NCBI GenBank assembly: GCA_050999585.1
Contig: JBPCPC010000191.1
Coordinates: forward strand, 1 to 62,486
DNA from: Solirubrobacteraceae bacterium
GTDB taxonomy: Bacteria > Actinomycetota > Thermoleophilia > Solirubrobacterales > Solirubrobacteraceae
Direction of reading: 5' to 3'
Length of the DNA stretch: 62,486 nt
Shown here: one piece after another, positions 41,962-51,445 of the stretch
Layout of the letters: the number at the start of each line of letters is the position of its first letter
Position numbering within the stretch: position 1 is the first letter of the stretch
Translations under genes and position numbers: made by a program
Notes under the pieces: model-generated
Told to the model about the DNA's origin: nothing
Seen by the model: the letters and a program-made list of their open reading frames with translations, nothing else
Database searches by the model: none

Positions 41962-42486
41962 TCAGCGGCCATGCTCGGCGGCGGCGTGGTGATGCTCCTC
42001 CGCCGTGACCCGGCGGGCGATGAACTCGGGCAGCAGACCGAGCTCGTCCAGCGCGCCGCGCCCGGCGACGCCCATCGTCAGCAGGCCGGCGAACAGCGCC
42101 ACGGCGTCGATCGATTTGCGCCCCTGCTGGTCCCAGTAGTCATCCTGGAGGTCGAGCCACAACGCGAACTCGTCCAGCGTCAGCGCCGAGGCGATCCCGT
42201 AGGTGGTGGCGGTCACGCGTGAGGCCCACTCCGGGGACCGGTTGCCGATGCCCAGCCGGTAGGTCCACACATAGCCGATCCCCAGCAGCCCGAAGATCCC
42301 GAACGTGCTGTGGTGAATGTGTCGCCCCCCGGCGCTGACGTTGCGAAACGGGCCGACGTTGGCGCGGATCGCATGGGTGATCCCACGGGCGACCGCGAAC
42401 GCCGTCGTGAAGCCGACCGCACTCAGGAACGCCCGCTCCTGGCGAGGCTTTGCGAAGTGGCGCGCGTAGAACCCTGTCTCGGCCAT
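41962..42486 (-). CDS. Conserved actinobacterial membrane protein (HIHH motif)
   Basis: [28 protein letters not shown]. Confidence 0.8.
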   Translation of the reverse strand: MAETGFYARHFAKPRQERAFLSAVGFTTAFAVARGITHAIRANVGPFRNVSAGGRHIHHSTFGIFGLLGIGYVWTYRLGIGNRSPEWASRVTATTYGIASALTLDEFALWLDLQDDYWDQQGRKSIDAVALFAGLLTMGVAGRGALDELGLLPEFIARRVTAEEHHHAAAEHGR

Positions 42487-42497
42487 CGTCCCTCAGC

Positions 42498-44153
42498 CTA
42501 TCCGCGGCGTAGCCGACCGAGCACCAGCGACTCGATCTGCCGCGCCTCCGGGATCCGCATCAGCAGGACGAGCCGTCCGTACAGCCCACCGGCCACCGTG
42601 AACGCAATCCCGAGGGCGATGATCTGCGCGATCAGCGACAGTCCCAACACGCTGTCAAGGCCCTTCCAGACGAGGTAGCCCAACGCGGCCATCAGCGCGG
42701 TCGCGACGCAGATGCGGATCGTGACCATCGTCGTTTGCGCCATCTCCAGCTGGCCGTTGAAGCCGATTCGCAGCCGCCGCAGCTGCAGCCACGTCATCAC
42801 CACGTTCGCCGCCACCGTGCCGATCACCAGTCCGGCGATGCCCAGCGGCTTGTACAGCGCGAGCGACACGATGATGTCGACGACGATGTTGATCCCGGCG
42901 AGCTTGGTCGGGATCCACGGCCGCTGCAGCGCGAAGAACGTGCGGCTGAGCAACAGGTTCACGCCGGCGAACGGCAGGCTGAAGGCAAACCAGAACAGCG
43001 CCGTCGAGACGCGGTCGGTGGACAGCGGACCGAACGAGCCGTGCTGATAGACCAGGCGCGTGATCGGCGCCGCCAGCACCGCCAGGAGCGCGGCCGACGG
43101 GATCAGCAGCAGGTTGATCTGCCGGATCCCGTTGCCCAGCGTGCGCCGCATCCCGCCCGGGTTGCGCGCCGAGGCCATCCGGCTGAGCGTCGGGAACAGC
43201 ACCGTGGCCACGGCGACGCTGAAGATCCCCTGCGGGAGCATGTAGATCCGGAACGCGTCGTTGATCGCGATCGGGGCATGGATGGAGACCAGCGCGCCCA
43301 GCCCGGCGTTGATGAAGATGTCGAGGTTGATGATCCCGATCGACATCGTCACCGGCAGGAACAGGATCAGTACCTGCCGCACGCGGGGATCACGCCAGTC
43401 CAGCACGAACGACAGCTGGAACTCGACGCGCCGCATCGCCCAGGCGATCATCGCGAACTGCACGATCGTGGCGACCAACCACGCGACCGCGTACGCGTAC
43501 ACGCTGTCCTGGTGGCCCTTGAACTGCGCATGCAGGATCACCAGTAGGACGACGATCACGATGTTCCACACCGCGGGGGCGATCGCCGGGATCGAGAACT
43601 GGTCGTAGGACTGCAGGATGCCCACCAGCAGCCCCATCAGGCTGAGCAGCAGCACGACTGGGAACAGAACGCGCGACAGGCCCACGGTCAAGGCGGTCGG
43701 GATCGCGGTGCCGGTGAACAGCGGTACCACGATCCCGGCCACGCCCATGTAGATCAGGGTCAGGGCCCCGAGCGACAGCAGGATCAGCCAGAACAGCGCC
43801 GACGCCAGCCGGAACGCCTCGCGCTTCTTGCCCGCCTGCAGCAGTTCGGTGAAGATCGGCACGAACGCCGCCGACAGCGCCGCCTGCGAGAACAGGTTGG
43901 AGAACAGATTCGGTACCTGCGAGGCGATCGTGAACGCCGAGCCCGCCCCGGAGGTCCCGAAGTAGCTGGCCTGCACGACCTCGCGGCCGAGGCCCGCGAC
44001 GCGCGAGAGCGCCGTGGCAACCGCAAAGATCGCCGTGCTGATCGCCAGCCTGCGTCGCGGCGGAGGCCCGGCTGGCGGTGGCGTCGGGCCCCTGTGGGGG
44101 GGCGGTGGCGGCGGGGGTGGCAACGCCCCGCCCTCGGTGCTCTGGATCGACAC
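42498..44153 (-). CDS. murJ: Lipid II flippase MurJ
   Basis: TALSRVAGLGRE, AF.IA.QVPN, SAAFVP, LPQGIF..AVATVLFP; start trimmed to GTG after a TACTAT box. Confidence 0.94.
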   Translation of the reverse strand: MSIQSTEGGALPPPPPPPPHRGPTPPPAGPPPRRRLAISTAIFAVATALSRVAGLGREVVQASYFGTSGAGSAFTIASQVPNLFSNLFSQAALSAAFVPIFTELLQAGKKREAFRLASALFWLILLSLGALTLIYMGVAGIVVPLFTGTAIPTALTVGLSRVLFPVVLLLSLMGLLVGILQSYDQFSIPAIAPAVWNIVIVVLLVILHAQFKGHQDSVYAYAVAWLVATIVQFAMIAWAMRRVEFQLSFVLDWRDPRVRQVLILFLPVTMSIGIINLDIFINAGLGALVSIHAPIAINDAFRIYMLPQGIFSVAVATVLFPTLSRMASARNPGGMRRTLGNGIRQINLLLIPSAALLAVLAAPITRLVYQHGSFGPLSTDRVSTALFWFAFSLPFAGVNLLLSRTFFALQRPWIPTKLAGINIVVDIIVSLALYKPLGIAGLVIGTVAANVVMTWLQLRRLRIGFNGQLEMAQTTMVTIRICVATALMAALGYLVWKGLDSVLGLSLIAQIIALGIAFTVAGGLYGRLVLLMRIPEARQIESLVLGRLRRG

Positions 44154-44204
44154 GGAGGGCGCTATAGTACGCGCGGCGCCGGGCACATCCTGGTGCTCCT
44201 TGTC

Positions 44205-44465
44205 ATGGCCAACATTCACTCCCAGAAGAAGCGGATCCTGCGCTCTGAGCGCGAGCGGCTTGAGAACCGGCGTTACACGTCAGCGATCAAGACCTACTTC
44301 CGCCGGCTCGAGGCCGCGGTCGCCGGAGGCGAGTCAGAGACCGCCGAGACCGAGCACCGCACGCTGGTCAAGACGATCGACAAAGCCGTCAAGAACGGCG
44401 CCATTCACCGCAATAACGGCGCTCGCAAGAAGTCCCGCGCCGCCCGCCTGCGCCGCGGCGCCTAG
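44205..44465 (+). CDS. rpsT: 30S ribosomal protein S20
   Basis: MANIHSQKKRI, IDKAV..G.IHRNNGARKKSR. Confidence 0.97.
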   Translation: MANIHSQKKRILRSERERLENRRYTSAIKTYFRRLEAAVAGGESETAETEHRTLVKTIDKAVKNGAIHRNNGARKKSRAARLRRGA

Positions 44466-44552
44466 CCGTCGTCAGGCCAGATCTCCTGGCCCCTACCCCG
44501 TCGACTGATCGCCGCCTCCCCGACCGTCGACCCCAATCGCGTCACCTTCGAG

Positions 44553-45668
44553 GTGGAGCGTATGGAGACGGCCGAGAATGGGCGCGTGGAGCTCTCGGGG
44601 CGCTGGTTCGGAGTACGCGGGCGTCGCTTCGTGCGCCCGTCGTTGACCGTGACGCAGGGCGAGGATGGGCGCGAGAAGCGCTGGCTGGCTGAGCTCGAGC
44701 ACAAACCCTGGGCTGCCGAGGACGGCGAGCTGTGGTTCGCCGCGTTTCCGGTCGACGCCAACCTGGATCAGGCCACCACGATCGAGCTCTCGGTGGCGCC
44801 CGACATCGTGATCGTGCTGCGCTCCAGCGACCGGCAGGCCGACGGCGGGACAGCCGTGGCCGCCAGCGGCGCCAGCAGCCCGATGGCCAAGAACGCGAGC
44901 TCGCGCCGGCCGTCGGCCCGGGCCCAGGACCTGGAACGGCTGACCACCCGGCTGGCGGCCACCGAAGCAGCGCTGGACCGCGAGAGCGAGCGTCGCGCCG
45001 CCACCGAGCAGACGCTCGAGCAACAGCGCACCGAGGTCCGCCAGCTCAGCGCCGAACTGGGGCGCGCGCGGGCCGAGCTCGATCTCGCCCGCACCGTTCA
45101 GCGGGAATCCGAGGCGATGGCCGCCGAACTCGACGCGACGCGACGCGAGCTGCAGGCGATCACCACGCGCCACCGCCAGCTGTCCGACGAGCACGAGCGC
45201 GTGATCGACGCCCACGCCCAGCTCCAGGCCGAGCTGCAGCAGCGCTCGGGGGCGCTGGAGTCCGCACGCGACGCCGTCGAGCAGGAGCGCACCCGAGGCG
45301 CGGTGGCGCTCGACCAGGAGCGCACCCGGCAGACCGAGGCGCTCGCGCAGGAGCGGGCCCGAGGGGCCGACGCGTTGTCCCAGGAGCGAACGCACGTGAC
45401 CGAGCCCGGGCCCGAGCCGGCGGCGGCGGCGGGGGTCACTCAGAATCCCGATTCACCCTCTCGCCGGGGGCGCGCCGAGCAGGCCCGCGCCGAGCAATCG
45501 CACGACGCTCGCCATCGGCCGGTGGCGCCCCACCGGCCCGACCGTCCGATCAATCCGGCGCTGAACGCGCGGCCGAACTGGCTCGGGCGCGCAATGGCCC
45601 TGCTGGTGATCGTGGGCGTGATCGTCGCCGTGTGGCTGGTGCTGCACTCAACGATCCTGCACCACTGA
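44553..45668 (+). CDS. Hypothetical coiled-coil protein with C-terminal TM anchor
   Basis: N-terminal beta-rich region, long E/Q/R/A helix, terminal hydrophobic helix; start uncertain. Confidence 0.8.
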   Translation: MERMETAENGRVELSGRWFGVRGRRFVRPSLTVTQGEDGREKRWLAELEHKPWAAEDGELWFAAFPVDANLDQATTIELSVAPDIVIVLRSSDRQADGGTAVAASGASSPMAKNASSRRPSARAQDLERLTTRLAATEAALDRESERRAATEQTLEQQRTEVRQLSAELGRARAELDLARTVQRESEAMAAELDATRRELQAITTRHRQLSDEHERVIDAHAQLQAELQQRSGALESARDAVEQERTRGAVALDQERTRQTEALAQERARGADALSQERTHVTEPGPEPAAAAGVTQNPDSPSRRGRAEQARAEQSHDARHRPVAPHRPDRPINPALNARPNWLGRAMALLVIVGVIVAVWLVLHSTILHH

Positions 45669-45692
45669 GCCCGCGGCGGCAGCGGATCGCGA

Positions 45693-46682
45693 TCAGGCGG
45701 CGATCCGACCGATCGCCACCAGCGCTGCGGTGTCCTCGCTGCCCCCACCGGGCCCGCCGCCGCGCGACGCGAGCTCCAGGTCGGCGATCTCACAGGTGGC
45801 CCGCCGCAGGCGGTCCGCGCCGGCGTCCCGGGCATCGGCGATCAGCCGGTCGGCGGCCCGCGACGGCATCCGCAGCCGGCGCTTGATCTGCGCCGGGGGC
45901 TCGCCGGCGTCCAGCGCGGTGGCTACGTCATGGGCCTGGCGCACGCGCTGCGAGATCCAGTAGAGCAGTCCGGGCAGGCGCTCGCCCTGCTGGCGGAGCT
46001 GCAGATAGATCCGGACCGCTGCCGCCTGATCTCCGGCGACGAGCGCGTCGGCCACCGTCCAGGCGCGACGCTCGGCCGAGGAGGCGGTCAGCCGGGTGAT
46101 GTCGTCGGCATCGATCGTCACGCCCGCCGGATCGGTGTCGGCGTCGGCGCCCAGTGCCAGCTTCTCCAGCTCGCGCAGCAGCCGCTGCTGGCGCTCGCCG
46201 ACATGGCCGATCAGCGCCCGGGCGGCGTCGGGCTGCAGCGTGATTTCCAGCTCGGCCGCGCGCGCGACCGCCCACTTCGGCAGCTCCCACGGCTTCACGC
46301 TGCTCTCGGTGCTGATGTCCCCCTTGACCGCGCGGACCGCGGCGTGCAGTCGCTCGGGCGCCTGGTTGCGGCTGTCCTCGCGGGCGAAGAACGCGACCGT
46401 GGTCTCGGGCGCGATCCCCTCGACGGAAGCCTGCAGCGCGTCCAGATCCCGATCCTTCCACCGCTCCGCCCCCTCGACGATCACGAACCGGCGGCCGATC
46501 GCGAGCGTCATCGAGTCGAGTTTCGCCGCCACCGCATCCGGGGTCGCCTCCTCTCCCTCCAGCAACTCGAGGCCCTCGGTGCCGCTGAGCGACTCGGCCA
46601 GCTCGCGCAGCCGGGCGCGGCGCTCGGCGATCCGCCCGTGGTCGTCTCCGTGGATCAGGTACGCGGCCTTGAACGCGGGCAT
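45693..46682 (-). CDS. holA: DNA polymerase III delta subunit
   Basis: AYLIHGDD, DAARALIGHVG, RELEKL, AWTVADA; position between leuS and rpsT. Confidence 0.92.
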   Translation of the reverse strand: MPAFKAAYLIHGDDHGRIAERRARLRELAESLSGTEGLELLEGEEATPDAVAAKLDSMTLAIGRRFVIVEGAERWKDRDLDALQASVEGIAPETTVAFFAREDSRNQAPERLHAAVRAVKGDISTESSVKPWELPKWAVARAAELEITLQPDAARALIGHVGERQQRLLRELEKLALGADADTDPAGVTIDADDITRLTASSAERRAWTVADALVAGDQAAAVRIYLQLRQQGERLPGLLYWISQRVRQAHDVATALDAGEPPAQIKRRLRMPSRAADRLIADARDAGADRLRRATCEIADLELASRGGGPGGGSEDTAALVAIGRIAA

Positions 46683-46695
46683 GCCGTGACCGAGT

Positions 46696-47178
46696 CTAGA
46701 TAGGCCGGCCGACGTCGCTCGCGGCGGCCAGCTCCAGCGCCCGGGCGACGGCGGCCGCCGGAGAGCCGGCCGCCTCCACCCCCTGGATCGCCCACGTGTC
46801 CAACCCGACCACGGGCTTGCCGGCGACCAGCGCCAGCGCGATCTCCGAGAGTGTCCCGTAGGCGCCGCCGACCGCAACGGCGACGTCGGCCGCGCGCACG
46901 ATCAGCCCGTTGCGCAGCTCGCCCAGCCCCGTCGGCAACGCAATCCCAACCCACTGATTCGCGCGGCGGCGATCCTCGCCGGGCAGGTACCCGATCACCA
47001 CTCCGCCCGCGCGGTCGGCGCCGCGGCTGGCCGCCGCCATCACCCCCGGTCCCCCGCCGGTGATCACGATCGCGCCCGCCTCGGCCAGGCCGCGGCCGAC
47101 CTCCTCGGCCGCCTGCTCCTGGTCAGGCGTGGCCGCCGAGGCGCCGATCACCGCGACGTACCGAGGGCCAGCGTGCAC
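46696..47178 (-). CDS. TIGR00725 / LOG-like Rossmann protein
   Basis: ITGGGPGVM.AA.RG, RNGLIV, GGAYGTLSEI. Confidence 0.9.
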   Translation of the reverse strand: MHAGPRYVAVIGASAATPDQEQAAEEVGRGLAEAGAIVITGGGPGVMAAASRGADRAGGVVIGYLPGEDRRRANQWVGIALPTGLGELRNGLIVRAADVAVAVGGAYGTLSEIALALVAGKPVVGLDTWAIQGVEAAGSPAAAVARALELAAASDVGRPI

Positions 47179-47187
47179 GGCCGGTGC

Positions 47188-49674
47188 CTACCGGACGACG
47201 ACGTTGACCAGCTTGTCGGGCACCACGATCACTTTGGCCACCTGGCCGCCGTTGATGTGGGCCTGAACCCCCCGGCTGGCCAGCGCCATCTCCTGCAGCT
47301 GCTCGCGCGAGCTACCGGTGGCAGCAGTGACCCGGTCGCGGACCTTGCCGTTGACCTGGCAGACCAGCTGGAAGGTCTCGGCGGTGAGCATGTCGGGGTC
47401 GGCGTCGGGCCACGGCTGCTCCCAGATCCGCTCGCCGGTGAGACGCTCGTAGACCTCAGACGCCAGGTGCGGTGCGAACGGAAACACCAGCGAGGCCGCC
47501 GTGGCGACCGCGAAGCGGCGGGCCTGCGGCGGCGTGTCGGGGTGGCGGTAGAGCTCGTTGACCAGCTCCATCAGGGCCGAGATCGCGGTATTGAAGGCGA
47601 ACCGACCGCGGATGTCCCCAGTCACCTTCTCGATCGCCCAGTTGGCCTTGCGCACCAGCGTCAGGGCGTCGCCGTCGGGTTCGGGCGGCTGCAGGACCGA
47701 GCCCGGATCGGGGCGCGAACCCTCGGTCAGCTGATCGCCGGCACGCCACAGCCGCGCCAGGAACCGGTGCACGCCCTCAACGCCAGAGTCCGACCAGGCG
47801 GCGTCCTGCTCCGGCGGCCCCATGAACAGCACGTAACAGCGCGCTGCGTCGGCGCCGAAGCGCTCGACGATCTCACTCGGAGCGACGACGTTGCCCTTGG
47901 AGCTGGACATCTTGTTGCCGTCGGCGCCGAGGATCATCCCCTGGGTGAACAGCTGCGAGAACGGCTCCTGGGCCTCGAGCAGGCCCATGTCGGCCAGCGC
48001 CTTGACGAAGAAGCGCGCATACATTAGGTGCAGGATCGCGTGCTCGATCCCGCCGATGTAGGTGTCGACCGGCATCCAGCTGTTCAGCACGCGCGGGTCC
48101 CAGGCCGCCTCTTTGTTGCGAGCGTCGCAGTAGCGCAGGAAGTACCAGCTCGAGTCAACGAACGTGTCCATCGTGTCGGTCTCGCGGCGGGTGGCGCCGC
48201 CGCAGTCCGGACACTTGGTGTTGACCCAGTCCTCGGCGGCGGCCAGCGGCGAGCGGCCGCGAGGCTGGTAGTCCTCGACCTCGGGCAGCTCGACCGGCAG
48301 GTCGGATTCCGCGACCGGCACCATCCCGCAGCGCTCGCAGTAGACGATCGGGATCGGGCAGCCCCAGTAGCGCTGGCGTGAGATCAGCCAGTCGCGCAGC
48401 CGGAAGTTCACCGAGGCGTGGCCCACCCCCTCGCGGTCCAGCCAGGCGACGATCGCGTCGCGCCCGGCGACCGCGTCCATCCCGGAGAAGTCGCCGGAGT
48501 TGATCAGCCGCTCGTCATCGGTGTGGGCGGTGAACGCCTGCTCTGAGACGTCGGGATCCGCGGTCCCGGCCGGGGCGACAACCGGGCGGATCGGCAGCCC
48601 GAACGCGGACGCGAAGTCGTAGTCACGCTGATCGTGAGCGGGTACGCCCATGACCGCGCCGGTCCCGTACTCCATCAGCACATAGTCGGCGACGTAGACC
48701 GGGATCTGTTCCCCGTTGACGGGGTTGGTGACGGTCCGGCCCAGCGGCACCCCGGTCTTGGGCTTGTCGGCGTCCCCGCGCGTCTCGGCGGACTCGGTCA
48801 GCGCGCGGTTGACGTACTCGTGGACCTCGGCCTCGTGCTCGGTACCGGCGATCAGACGCAGCACGTCGGGATGCTCGGGCGCCATCACAAAGAAGGTGGC
48901 CCCGAACAGGGTGTCGGGACGCGTGGTGAAGACCGCGTAGTCGAGCCGCAGCTCGTCGCAGCGGAACGTGACCTCGGCGCCTTCGCTGCGTCCGATCCAG
49001 TTGCGCTGCATCGCCTTGACGTTGCCGGGCCACTCGATCTGGTCCAGGTCGTCGAGCAGCCGGTCGGCGTAGTCGGTGATGCGGAAGAACCACTGCTCCA
49101 GCTGGCGCAGCTCCACGACTGCGCCGCAGCGCTCGCAGTGCCCGTCGATCACCTGCTCGTTGGCCAGCACGGTCTGGTCGTGGGGGCACCACTTGACGGC
49201 CGCCTCCTTGCGATAGGCCAGCCCCCGCTCCAGCAGCTGCAGGAAAATCCATTGCGTCCAGCGGTAATAGCTGGGCTGGTGAGTGGCAAGCTCGCGCGAC
49301 CAGTCGATCGAGATCCCCCAGCGGTGAAACCAGTGACGGTAGGCGGCCATCGATTTGTCGGTCGCCTCACGCGGGTGCACGCCGGTCTTGATCGCGTTGT
49401 TCTCGGCCGGCAGCCCGAACGCGTCATAGCCCATCGGGTGCAGCACGCGCTGACCGGTGCGGCGGTGGAAGTGTGCGATCGCGTCGCCGAGCGCATAGTT
49501 CTTGAGATGCCCGACGTGCGGCTCGCCGCTGGGGTAGGGCAGCATCTCCAGCACATAGGCTCGCTCGCCGCCCTCCTCGTCGGGCTCGTTGGTGACCTCC
49601 CAGGTGCCCTCGCGCTCCCACAGCTGCTGCCAACGGGGCTCGATCTCGGCGGGGTCATAGCGGCGCTCGGTCAT
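47188..49674 (-). CDS. leuS: Leucine-tRNA ligase
   Basis: [35 protein letters not shown]; start trimmed to MTERRY. Confidence 0.98.
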   Translation of the reverse strand: MTERRYDPAEIEPRWQQLWEREGTWEVTNEPDEEGGERAYVLEMLPYPSGEPHVGHLKNYALGDAIAHFHRRTGQRVLHPMGYDAFGLPAENNAIKTGVHPREATDKSMAAYRHWFHRWGISIDWSRELATHQPSYYRWTQWIFLQLLERGLAYRKEAAVKWCPHDQTVLANEQVIDGHCERCGAVVELRQLEQWFFRITDYADRLLDDLDQIEWPGNVKAMQRNWIGRSEGAEVTFRCDELRLDYAVFTTRPDTLFGATFFVMAPEHPDVLRLIAGTEHEAEVHEYVNRALTESAETRGDADKPKTGVPLGRTVTNPVNGEQIPVYVADYVLMEYGTGAVMGVPAHDQRDYDFASAFGLPIRPVVAPAGTADPDVSEQAFTAHTDDERLINSGDFSGMDAVAGRDAIVAWLDREGVGHASVNFRLRDWLISRQRYWGCPIPIVYCERCGMVPVAESDLPVELPEVEDYQPRGRSPLAAAEDWVNTKCPDCGGATRRETDTMDTFVDSSWYFLRYCDARNKEAAWDPRVLNSWMPVDTYIGGIEHAILHLMYARFFVKALADMGLLEAQEPFSQLFTQGMILGADGNKMSSSKGNVVAPSEIVERFGADAARCYVLFMGPPEQDAAWSDSGVEGVHRFLARLWRAGDQLTEGSRPDPGSVLQPPEPDGDALTLVRKANWAIEKVTGDIRGRFAFNTAISALMELVNELYRHPDTPPQARRFAVATAASLVFPFAPHLASEVYERLTGERIWEQPWPDADPDMLTAETFQLVCQVNGKVRDRVTAATGSSREQLQEMALASRGVQAHINGGQVAKVIVVPDKLVNVVVR

Positions 49675-49747
49675 CTCCGAGGCTGAGGTTACTTGGGCGG
49701 GGGGCGGGTGACGGGCGCGATCGACGCCCGGAGCGTGGGGGCCGCGG

Positions 49748-50599
49748 TCAGGCCACCCGGCGCTGCCCCTGGCGCCCGGCGGCGCAGCAGCGCTTTGCCT
49801 CCAGCAATCGCTGATCGGCCGTCTGCAGCAGCTCCGACGGTTCACCACCGTCATCCGGGAAGACGGCAATTCCGAGGCTGGCACGGACCATCTCGACTCC
49901 GACGGTGACGTCACTGACGGCCTGGGCGATCCGGGTGGCCAGCCGTTCGGTACCCTTCTCATCGGTTTCGGGCGCCAGCACGCAGAACTCGTCACCGCCG
50001 AAGCGGGCGACGGTGTCCTGGCCGCGCATCACCCGCTGCAGCGACGCCGCGACATTGCGCAGCAGATCGTCCCCGGCGGGATGACCAAAGCGGTCATTGA
50101 GCGCCTTGAAGCCGTCGAGGTCGAGCATCGTGAGGGCAAAGCTGCGCCCCGCGCGGTGGTGGCGCGCGACCTCGTAGTCGGCGCAAATCAGCAGCGAGCG
50201 CCGGTTCGCGATCCCGGTTAGCGGATCGGAGAGGGCGTAGCCGCGCAGCGCGGCGCTCTCGCGCACGAGCCGCTCGCGGACCACGATCAGGACCGCGGCG
50301 CAGCCGGCGAGGACCAGCAACAGCAGCGCCGCTGACGGCCGGCCGGACGAGGAGACCACCAGCGCCGGAGCGAGCCCCGCCGCCGCCGCGGCGCCCGCGG
50401 CCAGGACCGCGCCGCGGGGGGTCGCGCACGCCGCACAGGCCAGCATCGCCAGCGGTACGCACAGCCACGTCGCGCCGCCCGCCCGGCCGAACAATGAGAT
50501 CGCCGCGGCGATCACGCAGATCGCCGCCACCCGGGTCGGCGCCGCCGGCGGTCCGAGCGGACCGCGCTGGAACATCCTGGCCTGAGAGGTCGCGCGCAT
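49748..50599 (-). CDS. Membrane diguanylate cyclase
   Basis: N-terminal TMs, [28 protein letters not shown]-site, intact GGDEF; start uncertain (50575 or 50599). Confidence 0.92.
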   Translation of the reverse strand: MRATSQARMFQRGPLGPPAAPTRVAAICVIAAAISLFGRAGGATWLCVPLAMLACAACATPRGAVLAAGAAAAAGLAPALVVSSSGRPSAALLLLVLAGCAAVLIVVRERLVRESAALRGYALSDPLTGIANRRSLLICADYEVARHHRAGRSFALTMLDLDGFKALNDRFGHPAGDDLLRNVAASLQRVMRGQDTVARFGGDEFCVLAPETDEKGTERLATRIAQAVSDVTVGVEMVRASLGIAVFPDDGGEPSELLQTADQRLLEAKRCCAAGRQGQRRVA

Positions 50600-50698
50600 G
50601 GCCAAAGTGTGGCCCGGGCCGCGGACGCGCTTCCCCCCTGCTCTGGCGCCCGGCCGCAGTCTTGCGCGCCGCGACCCCCGCGCGATTACCATGGCGCC

Positions 50699-51397
50699 GT
50701 GACCGAAGACACCTCGCCCCCGTCCCGGGTCCGCGTCCCCGCCGCCGACCGGGTCGCTTCGATCGTCTCGGCTGCCGAGGAGCTGGCCGAGCAGATGCGC
50801 GCCGAGACCGAGAGCCGGGTCCGCGAGCGCATCGCGGAGAGCGACCGCGCCGCCCAGTACCGGGTCGACGCCGCCGAGGAAGAGGCCAGCGAGGTCCTGG
50901 CAACGGCGCGCACCGAGGCCGACCGGCTGCGCCGCGAGGGCCAGCAGCGCGACGAGCAGGCCAAGACGACCGCCACCAGCGAGTCGCTGACGATCGTCGG
51001 CAAGGCCCATGAGAGCGCCGACGCCGCGCTCGCCGAGGCCGAGCAGTCCGCGGCGCGCCGACGCGAGGAGGCCGATCGCTACACCCGTGAGCTGCTCTCC
51101 GAGGCCCGTCAGACCGCTCAGGAGGTCCGCAGCGAGGGCATGGAGCTCGTCGCCAACCTGCGTCAGATGGGCGATGCGCTGCGCTCCAACGCCGAGCGGA
51201 TCCTGCGCGACGTGCAGGGCGTTCACTCGCAGATGATGGCCAAGATCGAGCGCATCGAGCGGACCAGCGGAGTGTCCTTCACCACCTCCACGCGGACGCG
51301 GGGCGACCGCGCCCGGGAGTCGCTGGCGCGCGGCCCGTTCGACGCCGACGACGAAGGCGATGTGCCCAACGTGCCGGAGTTCATCCCCCGCCGCTGA
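50699..51397 (+). CDS. DivIVA/Scy-like coiled-coil protein
   Basis: Repeated A.EEA..L..A..EA..L helices; C-terminal VPEFIPRR. Confidence 0.75.
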   Translation: MTEDTSPPSRVRVPAADRVASIVSAAEELAEQMRAETESRVRERIAESDRAAQYRVDAAEEEASEVLATARTEADRLRREGQQRDEQAKTTATSESLTIVGKAHESADAALAEAEQSAARRREEADRYTRELLSEARQTAQEVRSEGMELVANLRQMGDALRSNAERILRDVQGVHSQMMAKIERIERTSGVSFTTSTRTRGDRARESLARGPFDADDEGDVPNVPEFIPRR

Positions 51398-51431
51398 GCC
51401 CGAGCGGCGTGGGTTCTGTCCGCCGTCGATG

Positions 51432-51445
51432 CGAACATATGTTCG
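51432..51445 (+). promoter_or_regulatory. LexA (SOS) box
   Basis: CGAAC-ATAT-GTTCG, a perfect palindrome matching the Gram-positive/actinobacterial CGAAC-N4-GTTCG consensus; abuts ATG 51446. Confidence 0.85.

Noticed and set aside
40013-41992. Long antisense ORFs (e.g. 40013-41992, 24495-26240, 16493-18079, 8962-10350)
   Set aside because: Shadow frames of high-GC genes on the opposite strand with no family motifs.
47895-47915. LeuRS KMSSS instead of KMSKS as a sign of inactivation
   Set aside because: KMSSS is a tolerated class I variant, and the rest of the enzyme is intact.
49675-49747. T-box leader for leuS (likewise an attenuator before hisIE-trpE)
   Set aside because: The intergenic space is too short, with no T-box motif or Trp/His-rich leader peptide.
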